64,000 bases of DNA, from positions 105,521 through 169,520 of the forward strand of contig CAZBVQ010000001.1 of the NCBI GenBank assembly GCA_964495685.1, written 5' to 3'. The stretch comes from an uncultured Candidatus Saccharibacteria bacterium. Its GTDB lineage: Bacteria > Patescibacteriota > Minisyncoccia > Phycocordibacterales > PALSA-1337. The position numbers and the translations under genes were made by a program. A model generated the notes under the pieces. That model saw nothing but the letters and a program-made list of their open reading frames with translations, did no database searches and was not told where the DNA came from. Of the stretch, positions 10,156 to 19,442 are shown in pieces (positions within the stretch are counted from its first letter, which is position 1; each line of letters starts with the position of its first letter).

Positions 10156-10896
10156 TTAACTTGCTGTCACCCCCCACAACATCTCAAACACCGACCTGAA
10201 GACATCCACCATAGCTGGAATCGCAACAACAACAGCCAACGCCTTTATTTCTGGTCCGATGATCACAATTTTGTCGGCATAAATATCGATGGTGCTTTTG
10301 AATACGTATTTTTCGGGCAAGTATTTGAAGGTGCGCAATAGCTTGGGATCATTTTGCCCTTCTTCGCTACGTGAATCGTTGGAAAGTAATAATTTTACGC
10401 GCGTATTGTGTGCAGCGCGCTTTTTGCGGAATGAAATAAGGAAATCTCGATCAATATTCAAGAATCCGGAGACACTGCCGATGATGTAGTACTCTTTGTT
10501 GCGATATTCTTCGAGAATGTCCATGTAGAAGGCCTCGAACTCGCGCTTTGACTTGATCAGTCGTACGCCATACTCTCTGGCTTCAGCGCCCTGCATGCGT
10601 TCGAGGAGAGGGATGATCGAGGCGAGGGAAGCAAGCTTGCGTTCCTGGAGAATTGGCAACTTATTTGGCTGGAGGGGAGTATAAAATCTTTTACTGCCTT
10701 GGTCACTTTCGGTGATCATGCAGTGATGAATCAGGCGTTCAATAACCGGGTACACAGTGGTACGTTTTATGCCCAATTCTTTGGCCAGAATGGTGGCAGG
10801 AGCGCCTCCGAGTTGGAGTAGCTTCAGATACACCTGAATATCTAGTTCAGCGAGGCCAAAATCACCCAAAACCTTACTAATTGCTTCATTATTCAT
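10156..10896 (-). CDS. TrmB-family transcriptional regulator (copy 2)
   Basis: FGLAELDIQVYLKLL..GIKRTTVYPVIERL. C-terminus IDIYADKI..FEMLW. Confidence 0.9.
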   Translation of the reverse strand: MNNEAISKVLGDFGLAELDIQVYLKLLQLGGAPATILAKELGIKRTTVYPVIERLIHHCMITESDQGSKRFYTPLQPNKLPILQERKLASLASIIPLLERMQGAEAREYGVRLIKSKREFEAFYMDILEEYRNKEYYIIGSVSGFLNIDRDFLISFRKKRAAHNTRVKLLLSNDSRSEEGQNDPKLLRTFKYLPEKYVFKSTIDIYADKIVIIGPEIKALAVVVAIPAMVDVFRSVFEMLWGVTAS

Positions 10897-11020
10897 TGTT
10901 GTTAAAAAATTACGACAGTATAGTAAATTAAGTATAATATATTCACAAATAAAGTCAAAGTAGACTACAATTTGTTAAAATATATTGACAAATAGGGTAG
11001 TCTCGTGTATACTTAGGCCC

Positions 11021-12139
11021 ATGAAAACAAAAATTATTTCAGTAGCAGTGATTTTAGCCATTATTATAGTGATAGCTATTATTTCTGCTCACAATAGCGG
11101 TCAAACAGTCAAAATTGGCGCATTGTACCCACGCACAGGCGGATTGGCTTCATATGGTGAGCCTGCCTACAACATGGCCAAGATTGCCGTCGAGGATGTG
11201 AATGCTTCGGGTGGTATTCATGGTCAGAAATTGGAATTGATCGCCGAAGACCATGTATGTGACCCGAAAATAGCTTTGTCGGCATACGCCAAACTTCGTG
11301 ATACGCAGGGCGTCGCTATATTCACCGCAGTTGCATGCAGCGGAACTATTTCTGCTATTGCCCCCAATCTGGAAAAAGATTCGACGGTACTTCTCGGCAC
11401 AGTCACGAGTGCAAATAAACTTTCAGGGATCTCGCCATCATTTTTCCGTAACTGGGCCTCTGACGCACAGGAGTCTCGATTGATTGCCGATCGTATTGTT
11501 GCGAACAAGTACAAGACGGTGGCTGCATTGTATGAAGAGACAGATTACGCCAAAGGATTGGTCGTGTCGCTCGAGGGATTCTTGGCTAGTTCCAGCGTTA
11601 CTGTTTCAAAAGAATCATTTGTCTCTGGTGCAGGCGATGTACGCACACAACTCAAGAAATTGCAGAGCATGAATGCTGATGCGGTATTCATTAGTGTGCA
11701 GACGGTAACCAGCGGGGAAGTCGTTTTGAAACAAATGGAACAGCTCGGATTTCACCCTAAGGTTTTGTTCGTGAATGACAACATCATCAAGGCCACATCT
11801 CTTGTCACTGCGCATAGTGAATTACTCGAAGGTGCGATCGGGGGAGATTACGTGTTCGAAGTCTCTGATGAGGCGCGCGGTGTCCTCGCTCATTACAAGA
11901 ATGTCTACGGTGTCGATTGCCCGCAGGTAAATATTTGTCTGGCTGAATATGATGCGATACGAATGCTCGCAGAAGCCATCAAGGAAAAAGGTGTAGTAGC
12001 ACAAGATGTCAGGGGATATTTGGCGGATAGTTCATACCAGGGACTCACGGGAACTATTTCTTTTGATGGCAAGAATGATAGGGAGGGTGCAGGGTATTCG
12101 TTGTTTGGGATTGACAAAGGTGCTGTGAATAAATTGTAA
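11021..12139 (+). CDS. LivK-like substrate-binding protein (copy 2)
   Basis: IGALYPRTG, GGIHGQKLEL, DVRTQLKK, YQGLTGTISFD. ATG 7 nt after TATACT. Confidence 0.9.
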   Translation: MKTKIISVAVILAIIIVIAIISAHNSGQTVKIGALYPRTGGLASYGEPAYNMAKIAVEDVNASGGIHGQKLELIAEDHVCDPKIALSAYAKLRDTQGVAIFTAVACSGTISAIAPNLEKDSTVLLGTVTSANKLSGISPSFFRNWASDAQESRLIADRIVANKYKTVAALYEETDYAKGLVVSLEGFLASSSVTVSKESFVSGAGDVRTQLKKLQSMNADAVFISVQTVTSGEVVLKQMEQLGFHPKVLFVNDNIIKATSLVTAHSELLEGAIGGDYVFEVSDEARGVLAHYKNVYGVDCPQVNICLAEYDAIRMLAEAIKEKGVVAQDVRGYLADSSYQGLTGTISFDGKNDREGAGYSLFGIDKGAVNKL

Positions 12140-12151
12140 AGATGCACCCAA

Positions 12152-12901
12152 TCAATTTTCCTCACTCGCATTCCACATAATCCCGTACATCTCCTGGTGC
12201 ATACGAATGACACTCTTATTTTCGATCACGATGCCAATAATCGGCTGTGTGAGCTGGTGAATCAATACTCGTTGTGGCGTAATGACTAGATTGGTAGTGA
12301 GTGTAGTCGCGGTAGGTAACATACGCGCCTCAGCATTGAAATTCTTTGCTAGAGATAACCATTTGTGACCCATGCCAGTGTCTTGCACAAGCATTTTTAT
12401 GGTGATTGGAAGTTTGGCACGGCGAAAGGAGAAGTCGGTGAAATACTCTTCATCGGCATTTACCCAGTGATCAACATTGCCCATGATGAGATATTCTTGG
12501 TGTGGTCGTATGTCGCGCAGGAAACTTTCGTATACACTTTTGACTGACTCGATACCCTCGTAATATCTGATGAAACTTTCTCCGCCTCTGAGATTGTAGA
12601 GTGCTGAAAATTCAGGTAGTAATTCCTTGAACCGAGCACGTCTCGCCTCGAGAATACTCTCGAGTTTGTCGGGATGTTCGGCGCTGAACTTTTTCTTGAA
12701 TCCCGCAACCTCAATATTCATGAGCCCTTTTTGCTTGAGTGATTCGACGACGGAATAGACTGTCGTACGCTTGAGACCTGCCGCTTGCGATAGCCGTAGG
12801 ATGGTAGTCGGACCCAAAGAAAGGGCGGCAAAGTAAACGCCGGACTCATTTTCAGTGAGGCCGAGACCTTGCAATGTTTCTGTAAGTTGATTGTTTTTCA
12901 T
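12152..12901 (-). CDS. TrmB-family transcriptional regulator (copy 3)
   Basis: LGLTENESGVYFAALSLG..GLKRTTVYSVVESLKQKGL and IRYYEG. Confidence 0.92.
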   Translation of the reverse strand: MKNNQLTETLQGLGLTENESGVYFAALSLGPTTILRLSQAAGLKRTTVYSVVESLKQKGLMNIEVAGFKKKFSAEHPDKLESILEARRARFKELLPEFSALYNLRGGESFIRYYEGIESVKSVYESFLRDIRPHQEYLIMGNVDHWVNADEEYFTDFSFRRAKLPITIKMLVQDTGMGHKWLSLAKNFNAEARMLPTATTLTTNLVITPQRVLIHQLTQPIIGIVIENKSVIRMHQEMYGIMWNASEEN

Positions 12902-13049
12902 AAAATGTCGAAAAAAGCGACAACATTATGATTATACATCATATTGGTCATATAAGTAAAAACATAATTATGTCGACAAATATGACATAAATTGACATAG
13001 AGAACATAATTATTCTGTAATCATTATTTATACATTACCGAATAATCCC

Positions 13050-14195
13050 ATGAAATATAAGAAATTAGTGATAAGTGCGGTGGTTGTCATTGTTATCATC
13101 GTTTTACTTATCTCGCGAGGGGGAACCTCTTCTTCGCCAGAATCAGTTAAAATCGGCAATATTCTATTCATGACTGGACCCCTCGCCTCTCTTGGGGAAC
13201 AGGAGCTGAATGGTATGAAGTTGGCAGAAACTCAAATCAATAAAACAGGAGGTATCAATGGCCGAAAACTTGAGTTAGTTACGGAAGATTACGCTGGCGA
13301 TTCCAAGCAGGCAGTTTCTGCATTTGAGAAACTGAAAAACGAAGGAGTTCGATTTATACTCATTGATGGCGGCGCTGCCATAGGGCCGGTAGGACCGCTC
13401 GTTCGCTCAAATAGTGACGTCATGAGTATGGTGCCGATCGGAATTACGCATTCGTATTTTGATGACAATCCTCGTACGTGTCGGTTGGCTTTTACTGCGC
13501 GTGATTACGGTGCAACTATCGGTATGTATCTTAAAAATACATTTAACCGTCCTCGAATAGCGTTTTTGGTAAGCGCAAATGAATACGGCAAGGCCGCCAT
13601 GACCCAGGTTTCTATGGCAGTTACGGAAATGGGCGGATCCATTATTCTTGGTGAGACGTATGAACAGGGTGTTTCCGACTTTCGTACGCAGATAACAAAG
13701 CTCAAAGAGAAACAGAGTGATATTGATGCGCTTGTCGTCATCAATGCGACCAACTCGATTGAGCCCATGTTGATGCAATTGAAACAATTGGGTTTCAGCA
13801 AACCGATTGTTTCGGATATGTTCAGTATCGTTAACGCGTCGCTCAAGGATCGTTCGTTGGCAGAAGGTGTAGTCTTTATTGATTATCCTTTTGTAGCAGA
13901 TCCACACGATTCTGATTCTGTCGAGCTTGCTTCATTCAAGCGGGAATACTTCGCGGCATACGGTAAGTATCCCGTTGCGGCGGCGGTTGTCGGCTACGAT
14001 GCAGTGATGACCCTTGCAGTGGCAATGAAGCATTCGGCTGGACTAACTGCGCAGGAGGTTTCAACTTATCTGACTACCAGATTGGGTGAATACAAGGGTG
14101 TGAGTGGTACATTTAGCTTTGACTCAGACTGTGAGGTGAAGCGTGAGACAGTGATGCGTAAGGTCGTTGATGGAGAATTTGTAACCGTAAGGTAG
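13050..14195 (+). CDS. LivK-like substrate-binding protein (copy 3)
   Basis: MTGPLASLG, GGINGRKLEL, DFRTQITK, GYDAV, YKGVSGTFSFD. Confidence 0.9.
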   Translation: MKYKKLVISAVVVIVIIVLLISRGGTSSSPESVKIGNILFMTGPLASLGEQELNGMKLAETQINKTGGINGRKLELVTEDYAGDSKQAVSAFEKLKNEGVRFILIDGGAAIGPVGPLVRSNSDVMSMVPIGITHSYFDDNPRTCRLAFTARDYGATIGMYLKNTFNRPRIAFLVSANEYGKAAMTQVSMAVTEMGGSIILGETYEQGVSDFRTQITKLKEKQSDIDALVVINATNSIEPMLMQLKQLGFSKPIVSDMFSIVNASLKDRSLAEGVVFIDYPFVADPHDSDSVELASFKREYFAAYGKYPVAAAVVGYDAVMTLAVAMKHSAGLTAQEVSTYLTTRLGEYKGVSGTFSFDSDCEVKRETVMRKVVDGEFVTVR

Positions 14196-14265
14196 GTTGA
14201 AGGTGGCATCACAATAGTAAAGCCGCTCCCCCCCAGAAGCGGCTGTGATCCTGAACTGATTCCAG

Positions 14266-14817
14266 CTATGCCGTTTTCTGGCGCAGGCGAGGGAATTCCC
14301 AGGACGGATTGCTCATGATCGCGTGGTAGAACCACGGGGCAAGTGCAACTGCAAAGAACAGATTGCCCGCAAGATGTCGTATGGTGAATGGCACTTGCCC
14401 AATCAGAGCCGCTGACCAAGACTGGTCATAGAGGAGTGGCCCAGCCATGACACCAGTGATCAGATCGAAGAATAGTGTTCCCACGATACTGGCCATGACG
14501 AAATGTGTGGCAGTGGCTTTGCGGTTGCGGAAGAAATATCCACCTCCGATACCGACTAGACCATAGGTAATGGCCGTCAGGATGGTCCACGAGCCGATCT
14601 TGCCGACAATGGCATCGAGAGCAACCATACTCAAGGCGCCATACAAACCTCCAACAACAGGCCCGTACGCTTTTGATCCGGCGTACTGGGTGGCCATGAG
14701 TGGAGAGATATTCCACATGCCCAAGACGGGCGTGATCAAGCGGAAGATGAGTGTTGCTACGAACCCGGCAGCGTATTTCGGCATGCCGGCCAATGGATGG
14801 ACGAGTGCATTTTTCAT
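14266..14817 (-). CDS. ECF-type transporter S-component, probably for cobalamin
   Basis: About 6 TM segments, NISPLMA, QVPFTIRHLAGN. Lies under a cobalamin riboswitch. Confidence 0.75.
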   Translation of the reverse strand: MKNALVHPLAGMPKYAAGFVATLIFRLITPVLGMWNISPLMATQYAGSKAYGPVVGGLYGALSMVALDAIVGKIGSWTILTAITYGLVGIGGGYFFRNRKATATHFVMASIVGTLFFDLITGVMAGPLLYDQSWSAALIGQVPFTIRHLAGNLFFAVALAPWFYHAIMSNPSWEFPRLRQKTA

Positions 14818-14921
14818 AATAATGCGGGTTTACTAATAACACCCACACAGCGTACCTACGAGGATTCATGTACGAAACAGTCATACATGGCCTGGCGCGG
14901 GCAAACCAGCGAAGTGCTGGG

Positions 14922-15009
14922 GTGTACGAGATCGGACTTGTCGGCCCTCGACGGGGCAGACATACCGTTGCGCGACAGTGAGGGAATCACACCCTACTTC
15001 ATCGTACAC
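14922..15009 (-). ncRNA. Cobalamin riboswitch (short class II / AdoCbl-variant type)
   Basis: Minus strand reads gtgtacga-tgaagtagggtgtgattccctcactgtcgcgcaacggta...aagtccgatc-tcgtacac: conserved cobalamin core with an 8-bp closing stem. Extended -10 TGCTATACT upstream. Confidence 0.85.
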
Positions 15010-15092
15010 GCTGTATGTGGGCAGTAGTATAGCATATAAAAAACCGTGCGCTCTCGGCGTACGGTCTTTTACTCGATAGTAGGAGACAGGGG

Positions 15093-15365
15093 CTATTTGA
15101 CAGCGTCCTTGAGAGCCTTTGCGGCGCGGAACTTCGGAACCTTCATAGCGGGGACCTTGATGGCCTCACCGGTACGAGGGTTGCGAGCTTCACGAGCTGC
15201 GCGTTGCTTGACGGAAAAGATACCGAGACCAGCGATAGAGACCTCTTCGCCCTTCTTGAGCGAATCAACGATGCTGTTGATCACTGTCTCGACCGCCTGT
15301 TCGGCTTGAACCTTTGTTCCGCCGAGAACACCATGAACTGCGTCTACAATTGATGCTTTATTCAT
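15093..15365 (-). CDS. hup: DNA-binding protein HU
   Basis: MNKASIV...GLGIFSVKQRAAREARNPRTGEAIKVPAMKVPKFRA. Confidence 0.97.
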   Translation of the reverse strand: MNKASIVDAVHGVLGGTKVQAEQAVETVINSIVDSLKKGEEVSIAGLGIFSVKQRAAREARNPRTGEAIKVPAMKVPKFRAAKALKDAVK

Positions 15366-15577
15366 TGTTGTTTTCGTTATGCTAATAAACTGGTCTCGGC
15401 CCGCCGCACGAGGGCGGATCGAGTCTCGAACCATGTCCCAATTATATAATAAGCCATATTTTGGGCAATAGGGTGGAGGATTTGACGAAACCACACTATT
15501 ATTTCAGAAAATTGATGTGTATATACAAAAATCCCCAGCCGGAGGCCGGCTGGGGATGAGGGGAACGCTTGCAAGGC

Positions 15578-16354
15578 CTACTGGTCTCCGAAGTATCGTT
15601 CCCATGTCTGTTTGGGAATATCATTAGTATCGAGTAGGGTTAGGAAGTCAATACTCTTAAACTCGCCGTCCAGTGCCGGTGGTCCACAAATTTTGGCACC
15701 AAGTAATAAGTACAGGCCAAGTAGCCTTGGTGTACTCGGGGGCGGCATTGACACCACATCGAGCGGACATTTGTACGCTTGTGTCGGGGTTGTGAGAAAA
15801 CGCCTCTCAACAAGATGCCCCTTTTTAAGGAACTCGTACACTGCTGCGCCATCGGCTGGGTTATCAGACGGGATTGAACTACAGCCGATGAGTTTGGTGA
15901 CTCCGTGATCTTTGGCGTAGTCCGCAATGCCGCGTAAGAGTAGCCTGAGCACATTTGGCACTTTCTGGTATTTCGGGTGAACAGAAGCTCTGCCCAACTC
16001 GATTAGTTGATCGTGGATGTCTTCAAATGGCCTAAAATCAAACTCCTGTGCACTATAGAACCCAAAGTGTTTGTTGGCCATTCGCCCAGTTTGTAGCCGA
16101 TAGGTGCCGACGATTTCACCAGATTCTGACTCAACACATAGATGGTCGCATACAGCGTCGAAATCATCCGCATCCTTTCCTGTGACTCGGGACTCAGGCA
16201 GCCCTTCTCCGATCGAGGCGAACACCGTGTGACGTAGTCGTTGTGCGGCCTCAATTTTTTTGGGTTCACGAGTGATGTATGAGGTGAAAATTTTCCGAGT
16301 TACACCTCCTGTGGTCGTTTGACCTAGTCCCGCAAGATTTCCTGCATTTTTCAT
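15578..16354 (-). CDS. GNAT N-acyltransferase, OlsB-like (ornithine/amino-lipid acyltransferase family)
   Basis: AQRLRHTVF, DDFDAVCDHL, IVGTYRL, ELGRASVHP, GAKICGPPALDGEFKSIDFL. Confidence 0.8.
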   Translation of the reverse strand: MKNAGNLAGLGQTTTGGVTRKIFTSYITREPKKIEAAQRLRHTVFASIGEGLPESRVTGKDADDFDAVCDHLCVESESGEIVGTYRLQTGRMANKHFGFYSAQEFDFRPFEDIHDQLIELGRASVHPKYQKVPNVLRLLLRGIADYAKDHGVTKLIGCSSIPSDNPADGAAVYEFLKKGHLVERRFLTTPTQAYKCPLDVVSMPPPSTPRLLGLYLLLGAKICGPPALDGEFKSIDFLTLLDTNDIPKQTWERYFGDQ

Positions 16355-16511
16355 GGTTCTGTCCTTCCATGGCTCTGTTGAGCTGATTTTGTTCAAAGTG
16401 GTTCCGCAAAACAATATCAAAAAAATGGAGATGAGTCAACCGTCACCTCTTTAGGCCGATTTGTAAATAGTTGACAGATTATTTTATTGATGATACAATT
16501 TAGACCGAAGC

Positions 16512-16814
16512 ATGAGTGCTCCAATAAATTCAAAGCATAACCGCGCAATCGGGATGTTTTCTGCGGAGTCGATAGGTCAATTGATTACGCAGACTCAATC
16601 CAAGAAAAAAGTAAATGTTGCTGTGATTAGGGCGAGGGTCAGGCAAGATCGTCGGGATCAGCGTCGCTGGAAAGAGGCGGCGATACGGTCCTGGTGGGAC
16701 TTTCGTCGCGATTGGCCGTCTATGAAGGTCGGTAATCGGATTGGTAAATGGCATCCGTCCCTCAACAGAATTGAGTTTCCAGACGGGACTACGACGCCAG
16801 CGCCAAAACAGTAA
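16512..16814 (+). CDS. Small basic Arg/Trp-rich hypothetical protein
   Basis: Own promoter TTGACA-17-TACAAT just upstream. No motif recognised. Confidence 0.55.
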   Translation: MSAPINSKHNRAIGMFSAESIGQLITQTQSKKKVNVAVIRARVRQDRRDQRRWKEAAIRSWWDFRRDWPSMKVGNRIGKWHPSLNRIEFPDGTTTPAPKQ

Positions 16815-16933
16815 CATTACCTGCACTACTTGGCAGCGACTTTAACCCGGTGAACATGAGTAGATGTTCACCACCACATTAAGTTCGAGACCCAGTCGCG
16901 AATTTATAGGGTAGATACGGATGATTCTTAAAC

Positions 16934-16967
16934 AAAAACCGCACATCCTGGGAAGGCGTGCGGTTTT
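16934..16967. terminator. Bidirectional terminator downstream of rny
   Basis: aaaaaccgcac...gtgcggtttt. Confidence 0.7.
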
Positions 16968-17001
16968 GTCATTCTAGGTCCGGCCTGGAAATTACTAGGA
17001 A

Positions 17002-18531
17002 TTACCTCGCGAACTCCACCGTCCTCGTCTCTCGGATAACATTGACCTTGATCTCACCGGGATACTTGAGGTCCTTCTCGATCTTCATGGCGATATCTCG
17101 AGCCAAATTCTTGGCACCAAGATCGTCGATCTCCTCTGGTTTGACGAAGATACGGATCTCACGGCCAGCTTGGAGGGCATATGACTTCTCGATACCAGGG
17201 AAGGAGTTGGCGGTAGCTTCGAGGTCACCGAGACGTTTGATGTAATTCTCGACATTGTCACGACGGGCACCTGGGCGTGAACCTGAGATGGCATCAGCTG
17301 TCTGGACAATGCGAGATTCGACGGTCTCATACGGATATTCTTCATGGTGAGCCTGCATGGCCTTGACCACTTCCTCAGGTGCGCCGAATTTCTGGAGGAT
17401 ACGACGACCGATCTCGACGTGGGTACCGGCAACTTCATGGTCGAGAGCCTTGCCGATATCGTGGAGGAGGGCACCGGCCTTGGCGACCTGGACGTTGGCA
17501 CCGAGCTCCTCAGCAATCATGCCGGCGATGTGCGCCATCTCGACAGAGTGCTGGAGGACATTCTGGCCATAGCTGGTGCGGAAATGAAGGCGTCCCAGAA
17601 TGAGGAGGATGCGCGGATCAAGTCCGAGCACGCCACATTCGAAGGCGGCAGCCTCACCTTTGTCCTTGATAGTCTTGTTGATATCCTGACGAGCCTTGTC
17701 GACGACTGACTCTATCTTGGCTGGCTGGATACGACCATCCTTGATGAGCTCGCGGAGGGCGATAGCGGCAGTATGGCGACGTACCGGATCGAATGATGAG
17801 ATGGTGATAGCACCAGGCGTGTCGTCGACCATGACTTCGACACCAGTGACACGCTCGAAGGCCTTGATATTGCGTCCTTCCTTGCCGATAATCTTGCCTT
17901 TGACGTCATCGCTCGGGATTTCGACGATGGTAGACATAATATCCTGAGAAACAGAAGAGGCGAGGCGCTGGATAGAGACGGCCAGAATGTCTTTTGCTTT
18001 CTTCTCGAGCATCTCCTCACCTTGACTCTCGAGCTTGCTCATACGGACGAGGATATCCTGCTCGGACTGCTTCTCGACCATCTTCATGAGCTGATCCTTG
18101 GCTTCGGCAGCCGAAAGTTGCGCGATTTTCTCGAGTGCAAGCTTGCGATCTTCCTCCAATTTGTCGGTCTTGTCGCGAATAGCCTTGATTTCGGCGACGC
18201 GGACTTTGATCATTTCGACTTCTTTGTCGATGTCGGACTGGCGCTTGTCGAGGAGATCCTCTTTCTTGATAAGGCGATCTTCGACCTGATGTATCTTGTC
18301 TTCACGTTCTTTGATCTCTGCACGAGCATCCTCGAGTGTTTTGGTGGCTTTGGTTTCTGCGTCAGCGGTGATCTTCTTGGCCTCTTCTCTGGCGGCGAGG
18401 AGCATCTCTTTGATTTCGAGCTCCATCGAACCTTTCTTGCCGAGGGATATGATCAGTCGCAGGTAGTAACCAATAGCCACACCGACGACTCCTGCGATGG
18501 AGAGGTAGAGTGCGACTAATTTGAGTGACAT
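17002..18531 (-). CDS. rny: Ribonuclease Y
   Basis: TM plus coiled coil, KH (KGKIIGKEGRNI) and HD (LLHDIGKA) domains, RTSYGQN. Confidence 0.98.
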   Translation of the reverse strand: MSLKLVALYLSIAGVVGVAIGYYLRLIISLGKKGSMELEIKEMLLAAREEAKKITADAETKATKTLEDARAEIKEREDKIHQVEDRLIKKEDLLDKRQSDIDKEVEMIKVRVAEIKAIRDKTDKLEEDRKLALEKIAQLSAAEAKDQLMKMVEKQSEQDILVRMSKLESQGEEMLEKKAKDILAVSIQRLASSVSQDIMSTIVEIPSDDVKGKIIGKEGRNIKAFERVTGVEVMVDDTPGAITISSFDPVRRHTAAIALRELIKDGRIQPAKIESVVDKARQDINKTIKDKGEAAAFECGVLGLDPRILLILGRLHFRTSYGQNVLQHSVEMAHIAGMIAEELGANVQVAKAGALLHDIGKALDHEVAGTHVEIGRRILQKFGAPEEVVKAMQAHHEEYPYETVESRIVQTADAISGSRPGARRDNVENYIKRLGDLEATANSFPGIEKSYALQAGREIRIFVKPEEIDDLGAKNLARDIAMKIEKDLKYPGEIKVNVIRETRTVEFAR

Positions 18532-18854
18532 AATGCGGTGAGACCCGCCTTTAGGGGATTAGGGTGAGATTCTCGTATGAGGTGTGCCGGTAGTCGTATA
18601 CAGAAGGGCGTTTTTCATAAGTAAGTTCATAAGATGTTCCACTAGAATTCCGTAAAAGCGAAGTCAAAATTTAAAGTTGGTAACATCTGCATAATATAAC
18701 TAAAGGTGGCGGAGTGCAAGGGTTCGAGTAGTTGCAATAAAGCACCACTTATTGTATATTATGTCAATCCTAGAGAACAGGCCCGTATGCTATAGTTTCT
18801 CTATTAATTATTCATGTAATGGATGCCGACCTTCGTCGGCACGACACACCACTT

Positions 18855-19442
18855 ATGTCTATCCTTATCCCTACAGTTATCGAGAAGTCATCATTCGGCG
18901 AACGTGCCTACGACATTTATTCACGTCTCTTGAAAGAGAACATCATCTTCCTTGGTGGCCCGATTGACGATCATGTCGCCAACCTGACAATTGCTCAGCT
19001 TCTTTTCTTGCAGTCAGAAGATCCCAAGAAAGAAATTCAACTCTACATCAATTCACCAGGTGGTTCGGTGACTGCTGGTCTCGCCATCATCGACACGATG
19101 CAGCATATCAAGAATGATGTCTCAACGGTGTGTGTCGGTATTGCCGCATCAGCTGCAGCTCTCATCCTTTCTTCGGGTACCAAAGGCAAGCGCATTGCTC
19201 TCCCTAATGCTGAGGTGATGATTCACCAACCGCTCGGTGGCGCAGAAGGTCAGGCGTCTGATATCGAAATTACTGCCAAGCACATCATCAAGACTCGTGA
19301 GACCTTGAACAAAATGCTCGCCAAGAATACAGGCCAATCACTTGCGAAGATCGAGAAAGATGTCGATCGCGATTTCTTCATGAGTGCTGATGAGGCCAAG
19401 AAGTATGGCATTATTGATCAGGTGGTAAGCGGAAAGAAGTAA
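18855..19442 (+). CDS. clpP: ATP-dependent Clp protease proteolytic subunit
   Basis: [28 protein letters not shown]. Confidence 0.98.
   Translation: MSILIPTVIEKSSFGERAYDIYSRLLKENIIFLGGPIDDHVANLTIAQLLFLQSEDPKKEIQLYINSPGGSVTAGLAIIDTMQHIKNDVSTVCVGIAASAAALILSSGTKGKRIALPNAEVMIHQPLGGAEGQASDIEITAKHIIKTRETLNKMLAKNTGQSLAKIEKDVDRDFFMSADEAKKYGIIDQVVSGKK

Noticed and set aside
8099-14195. Triplication as an assembly artefact or recent tandem duplication
   Set aside because: The three copies differ extensively in protein and DNA sequence.
15366-15494. N-terminal extension of HU in the ORF track
   Set aside because: Homology starts at MNKA (15365). The extension covers promoter/leader sequence.
18532-18720. 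6S RNA upstream of rny (a common location)
   Set aside because: No long closing stem was found, and a much better candidate lies at 58773-58908.
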